DNA of 64,000 nucleotides from Gammaproteobacteria bacterium. Lineage in GTDB: Bacteria; Pseudomonadota; Gammaproteobacteria; GCA-001735895. The stretch spans positions 26,025-90,024 of the forward strand of contig JAOTXY010000001.1 of NCBI GenBank assembly GCA_029862125.1. Reading direction: 5' to 3'. The translations under genes and the position numbers were made by a program. The first letter of the stretch is position 1; every line of letters starts with the position of its first letter. Of the stretch, positions 59,790-64,000 are shown piece after piece. The notes beneath the pieces are model-generated. The model saw nothing but the letters and a program-made list of their open reading frames with translations, did no database searches and was not told where the DNA came from.

Positions 59790-59982
59790 GATCTAAATCG
59801 AAAAATTCCATGGTCAGGTATGAATAAGTGCAGCAGAATGATGCACGTATAAGTAAAGGGTGTCCACGAGAACCGCGCGCCGGGTGTTTTATATACAATA
59901 TACCGGATCTTGATTATAGTCCGATCCGCGTAATCTCGAATTCACCAAAAATTAATTTTCACAACCCGGGGGCATCAAGATC

Positions 59983-61578
59983 ATGATGATCGCAATACCT
60001 GCAGAAATTCATCGCGGTGAGAAACGTGTTGCAACGTCGCCCGAGGTGGTTCGCAAGCTGATCGCAGCCGGATTCGAAGTCACGCTCGAATCGGGTGCGG
60101 GCACGGGCGCCAATTTCAGCGACGACATATTCCGTGGAATGGGCGCTGCCATCGCAACAGACGCCGAGTCCGCCTGGGCTGCTGGTGATTTGATCCTGAA
60201 AGTGCGTCCACCTGAATTTAATGATGAACTCGGTCGACACGAAATCGATTTAATGTCCACGGGTGCACGCCTGATCAGTTTTATCTGGCCCGCCCAACAC
60301 GAAGACTTGTTGTCACAACTTGCCGCAAAACAGGCGACTGCCCTGGCAATGGACAGCATTCCGCGCCTCTCGCGCGCACAAAAACTAGATGCCTTGAGTT
60401 CGATGGCGAATATTGCCGGATATCGAGCGGTAATTGAGGCAGCGCATCACTTCGGTCGTTTCTTTTCCGGCCAGATCACCGCCGCCGGTAAAGTGGATCC
60501 AGCTAAGGTTATGGTAATCGGTGCAGGTGTCGCGGGCCTTGCAGCCATCGGTGCGGCCAAGTCGCTGGGTGCGATCGTGCGCGCCTTCGATACCCGTCCC
60601 GAAGTCAAGGATCAAATTGAGAGTATGGATGCCGAGTTTCTCGAACTCGAATTTGAAGAAGAGGGCTCGGGCGAGGGTGGCTACGCCAAGGTAATGAGCA
60701 AGGAGTTCATCGAAGCCGAGATGGCGCTGTTTGCCGAGCAGGCACGTGAAGTCGACGTCATCATCACCACCGCGTTGATTCCTGGCAAACCGGCGCCCAA
60801 GCTGATTACCAATGCGATGGTGTTGAGCATGAGGGACGGTAGCGTTATCGTCGACCTCGCCGCCGAGCAGGGCGGTAACTGTGAAGAAACCGTACCCGGC
60901 AAGGTAGTAACCAGGTACGGCGTACATATCGTCGGTTATACCGATCTGCCGAGCAGGCTGGCCAGTCAGTCAAGCCAGCTCTACGCGACCAATATCTACA
61001 ACCTGATCATGGACATGTGCCCCGAGAAGGACGGTAATATTATGGTCGATATGGATGACGACGTTATCCGTGGCGCGACCGTGGTGAACCAGGGCGAAAT
61101 CACCTGGCCGCCTCCAGCAATCGAGGTAAGTGCGGAACGCAAGCCCAGCTTTGGTGGCCAGGCAATCAAGCACGAAGGCAAGGGTAGCAGTGACAAGACA
61201 CACGATGCCGCCATCGGAGCATCCGGGATTTCCCGATTCGCGAAGAGCGTCTGGTTGCCGATGATCCTGGGTGGATTGGCATTGTTCGGTCTTGGACAGG
61301 TGGCACCACCATCCTTCATGGCACATTTCACCGTGTTTGTATTGTCCTGTTTTATTGGCTACATGGTGATCTGGAATGTCAGCGCGACCCTGCACACACC
61401 GTTAATGAGCGTTACCAACGCGATTAGCAGCATCATCATACTGGGAGCGCTGACGCAAATATCGAGCACCAGTAACCTGATTTATATTCTTGCAGGGATT
61501 GCAGCCTTCATTACCTGCATCAATATCGTGGGTGGATTTTCCGTGACGCAACGCATGTTGCAGATGTTCAAGGGGTAA
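59983..61578 (+). CDS. pntA: NAD(P) transhydrogenase subunit alpha
   Basis: [57 protein letters not shown]. Confidence 0.96.
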   Translation: MMIAIPAEIHRGEKRVATSPEVVRKLIAAGFEVTLESGAGTGANFSDDIFRGMGAAIATDAESAWAAGDLILKVRPPEFNDELGRHEIDLMSTGARLISFIWPAQHEDLLSQLAAKQATALAMDSIPRLSRAQKLDALSSMANIAGYRAVIEAAHHFGRFFSGQITAAGKVDPAKVMVIGAGVAGLAAIGAAKSLGAIVRAFDTRPEVKDQIESMDAEFLELEFEEEGSGEGGYAKVMSKEFIEAEMALFAEQAREVDVIITTALIPGKPAPKLITNAMVLSMRDGSVIVDLAAEQGGNCEETVPGKVVTRYGVHIVGYTDLPSRLASQSSQLYATNIYNLIMDMCPEKDGNIMVDMDDDVIRGATVVNQGEITWPPPAIEVSAERKPSFGGQAIKHEGKGSSDKTHDAAIGASGISRFAKSVWLPMILGGLALFGLGQVAPPSFMAHFTVFVLSCFIGYMVIWNVSATLHTPLMSVTNAISSIIILGALTQISSTSNLIYILAGIAAFITCINIVGGFSVTQRMLQMFKG

Positions 61579-61584
61579 GCGGCG

Positions 61585-62973
61585 ATGTCTCCCAGTCTGA
61601 TTACCGTCGCTTACCTCGCCTCCGCGGTGTTGTTCATCCTTGCGCTCGGTGGCCTGAGTACCAACGATACCGCGCGTCGTGGCAACCTGTTCGGTATGAT
61701 CGGCATGGCGATCGCGGTGCTGGTGACCATCATCGCCTTCGTCAGTCGCAATCTCGAAATACTGATCGTGATCATGTTGGCCGGTGGCGCGATCGGTTTT
61801 ATCCTCTCGCGCCGGGTACAGATGACGCAAATGCCGGAGCTGGTGGCGATCCTGCACAGCCTGGTGGGTCTCGCCGCGGTGCTGATTGGATTTGCTACCT
61901 TCATGGACTCCTCGATTGAATACATCGGGGTCGAGAAAACCATTCATGAAATCGAAATCTATATCGGTATCTGTATCGGCGCACTGACCTTTACCGGTTC
62001 GGTCGTTGCCTATGGCAAGCTCAGTGGCATGATCGGCGGCGCACCGTTGATGCTACCAGCTCGTCATTGGCTCAACCTGGTACTGTTCATCGCCGTGGTG
62101 GTAATTGCCGTGCGTTTCGTCGGCGAACCCGACCATAACCAGGCCACGATGCTGTTACTGGCGATGACGGTGATCGCGCTGTTGTTTGGGATCCACATGG
62201 TTGCAGCGATTGGTGGCGCCGATATGCCGGTGGTGATTTCGATGCTGAACAGCTACTCGGGCTGGGCCGCTGCCGCTACCGGTTTCATGCTGTCTAACGA
62301 TTTGTTGATCGTGACCGGGGCGCTGGTCGGCAGTAGCGGTGCAATCCTGAGTTACATCATGTGCCGCGCGATGAACCGGCATTTCATCAGCGTTATCGCC
62401 GGTGGCTTCGGCACCTCGGGCGGTTCTTCAGCCGGGCCCAGTATCGAGGGCGAAGTGCAGACCATCGATACCGCGGCGATGGCAGACCTGCTCAATGCTG
62501 CCAAGCAGGTCATGGTGGTTCCCGGTTACGGTATGGCAACCGCGCAGGCGCAGCACGCGATTGCCGATATCACCAAAACCCTGATCAGCAAAGGGATCAG
62601 CGTACGTTACGGTATCCATCCGGTAGCAGGGCGCATGCCAGGGCACATGAACGTGCTGCTGGCCGAGGCGAAGGTACCTTACGATATCGTGTTTGAGATG
62701 GATGAAATCAACGACGACTTTCCCGACGTCGATGTCTCGATCGTGGTCGGTGCCAACGATACGGTTAATCCGCTGGCGCAGGAAGACGTCGACAGCCCGA
62801 TCGCCGGCATGCCGGTGCTCGAGGTCTGGAAAGGTCATACCACCGTGGTGCTTAAACGCGGCATGGCGGCCGGTTATGCAGGCGTCGATAATCCGCTGTT
62901 CGTCAAGGAAAACACGCGCATGCTGTTTGGCGACGCGCGCGAAAGCCTGGAAGCACTCGCCCAGGCGATATAA
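61585..62973 (+). CDS. pntB: NAD(P) transhydrogenase subunit beta
   Basis: [62 protein letters not shown]. Confidence 0.97.
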   Translation: MSPSLITVAYLASAVLFILALGGLSTNDTARRGNLFGMIGMAIAVLVTIIAFVSRNLEILIVIMLAGGAIGFILSRRVQMTQMPELVAILHSLVGLAAVLIGFATFMDSSIEYIGVEKTIHEIEIYIGICIGALTFTGSVVAYGKLSGMIGGAPLMLPARHWLNLVLFIAVVVIAVRFVGEPDHNQATMLLLAMTVIALLFGIHMVAAIGGADMPVVISMLNSYSGWAAAATGFMLSNDLLIVTGALVGSSGAILSYIMCRAMNRHFISVIAGGFGTSGGSSAGPSIEGEVQTIDTAAMADLLNAAKQVMVVPGYGMATAQAQHAIADITKTLISKGISVRYGIHPVAGRMPGHMNVLLAEAKVPYDIVFEMDEINDDFPDVDVSIVVGANDTVNPLAQEDVDSPIAGMPVLEVWKGHTTVVLKRGMAAGYAGVDNPLFVKENTRMLFGDARESLEALAQAI

Positions 62974-63115
62974 AGCCATCCTGGGGTGAACGCCGCAAAG
63001 TAGAAGTGTGCGCCAGTTCACATATTGACGAAATATCGCCTCTAAGCAGCTGAATTTAAAGCAATTTACCCTGTTTGGGTGATTCGTAAAACTGACTAGA
63101 ATCCTAGTATTTCCT

Positions 63116-63309
63116 GTGACATCAGTTGAACGATGTCTTGCGTTAACAAAGAAGACCTTGTTAATGCAGATGTTTCTCCGGTGCCGTTACCGTTCGCGGT
63201 ATGTTGTTCTTCTCAAGGCTATAAGGTTTCATCGGCATGAGTAGACGCACCAGGGTTCAGGAAGTTTCTGGGCTCGAAATTTAAGCAGCCCTTGGGGCTG
63301 CTTTTTTTT
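63116..63309 (+). ncRNA. Candidate small RNA (or long pntAB 3' UTR)
   Basis: AT-rich non-coding stretch with possible TTCGTA-N16-TAGTAT promoter (63083-63110) and a strong terminator at 63283-63309. Confidence 0.3.
63283..63309 (+). terminator. Rho-independent terminator
   Basis: AAGCAGCCC-TTG-GGGCTGC followed by T8. Confidence 0.85.
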
Positions 63310-63346
63310 ATCCCGGGTTTAGTAAATCGAGATTCCCTGAGGATTT

Positions 63347-63517
63347 CGTCACCCCAGCTTTCCCGTCATCCCCGCGGTTCTACCCCGTCATCCCCGCGCA
63401 AGCGGGGATCTTGCAATGGTGGCTGGTTAGAAGATCCCCGCTTACGCGGGGATGACGAGTAAAAATATCGGGATGACGACAAAAATATGGGGATGACAGT
63501 TAAAAAGCGGGATGGCG
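63347..63517. repeat. REP doublet with decaying tandem end copies on both sides
   Basis: Doublet 63386-63457; partial left copies at 63347 and 63364; right-side GATGAC/GATGGC at 63451, 63472, 63492 and 63511. Confidence 0.9.
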
Positions 63518-63587
63518 AGAATAGACTTGATCTGAATTGTGACTTTAACGATTGAAACTTGGTCGGTGAATGAGTAAGTTCTAGATC

Positions 63588-64000
63588 ATGCTGAATATGC
63601 AATTTGAGCAGGCGGTGGTGGTCGACACCAACGAAATGGAATGGGAAGCGAGCCCGATGGCAGGGGTGTGGCGTAAACCGTTAGCGCGCGAGGCCGCCGA
63701 GCATGGACATACCACCAGCGTGGTGCGCTACGACGCGGGTTCTCATTTCAGCGCACACCTGCACCCGGCGGGCGAAGAAATCTTCGTACTCGAGGGCGTG
63801 TTTTCCGACGAGCATGGCGATTACCCCGCGGGGACCTATATCCGCAACCCGCCCGGTTCCAAACATTCGCCCCGCAGCGACCCCGGTTGCGTGCTGCTGG
63901 TCAAGCTCGACCAGTTCGATCCTGCGGATGACACCACGCTGCGCATCGATACCAACAGCACTGCCTGGATGCCGGGTGAATCAAAACTCGAAGTCATGCC
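63588..64000 (+). CDS. ChrR-like cupin-domain protein (runs off the window; not in the ORF track)
   Basis: Manual translation from ATG 63588: MLNMQFEQAVVVDT...WEASPMAGVWRKPL...TSVVRY...FSAHLHPAGEEIFVLEGVFSDEHGDYPAGTYIRNPPGSKH. Confidence 0.85.
   Translation, partial: MLNMQFEQAVVVDTNEMEWEASPMAGVWRKPLAREAAEHGHTTSVVRYDAGSHFSAHLHPAGEEIFVLEGVFSDEHGDYPAGTYIRNPPGSKHSPRSDPGCVLLVKLDQFDPADDTTLRIDTNSTAWMPGESKLEVM

Noticed and set aside
63347-63517. Short periodic repeats resembling a mini CRISPR array (also 44744-44800)
   Set aside because: Period is only 17-25 nt, units are fragments of REP ends, spacers are similar or identical to each other, and no cas genes are present.
1-64000. tRNA/rRNA genes, integrase, transposase or prophage genes
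   Set aside because: None recognised by eye; a tRNAscan/Infernal run would be needed to exclude small RNA genes formally.

Overview
GC-rich bacterial chromosome segment, probably from a marine gammaproteobacterium (inferred from gene content). Left to right: (1) the 3' end of gltA and acnB. (2) An extended 2-aminoethylphosphonate (AEP) catabolic cluster with phnY, phnA, a LysR regulator, phnW, a dimethylglycine-dehydrogenase-like flavoprotein, pbfA, a GlpD-like flavoprotein with altered substrate-site motifs, an AepXVW-type ABC transporter and a short MetE-like Zn enzyme. (3) A ~22 kb type IV filament locus (20.2-42.2 kb) that carries its own sensor kinase, receiver protein, EAL and GGDEF enzymes and an HDOD protein, plus a STAS-MshEN-fused assembly ATPase, an Asp-rich minor pilin, a 1647-aa PilX-like giant adhesin, PilMNO(P) and a secretin; both halves have sigma-28-like promoters. 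(4) A 98-aa GIY-YIG nuclease gene lying inside a pair of GTCAT/CGTC-type palindromic repeats; gene-less versions of the same repeat pair recur across the window. (5) A taurine cluster (xsc, tauR, tpa, tauA-like), then ETF-QO, a tautomerase, an APH-type kinase, a hydantoinase-like/CblC-like pair, a HEAT-repeat Ser/Thr kinase, pta, pntAB, a candidate sRNA and a truncated cupin gene. The best candidates for undescribed biology are the GIY-YIG/palindrome element, the self-regulated giant-adhesin pilus and the extra phosphonate flavoenzymes. All calls come from reading motifs by eye; no database searches were run.
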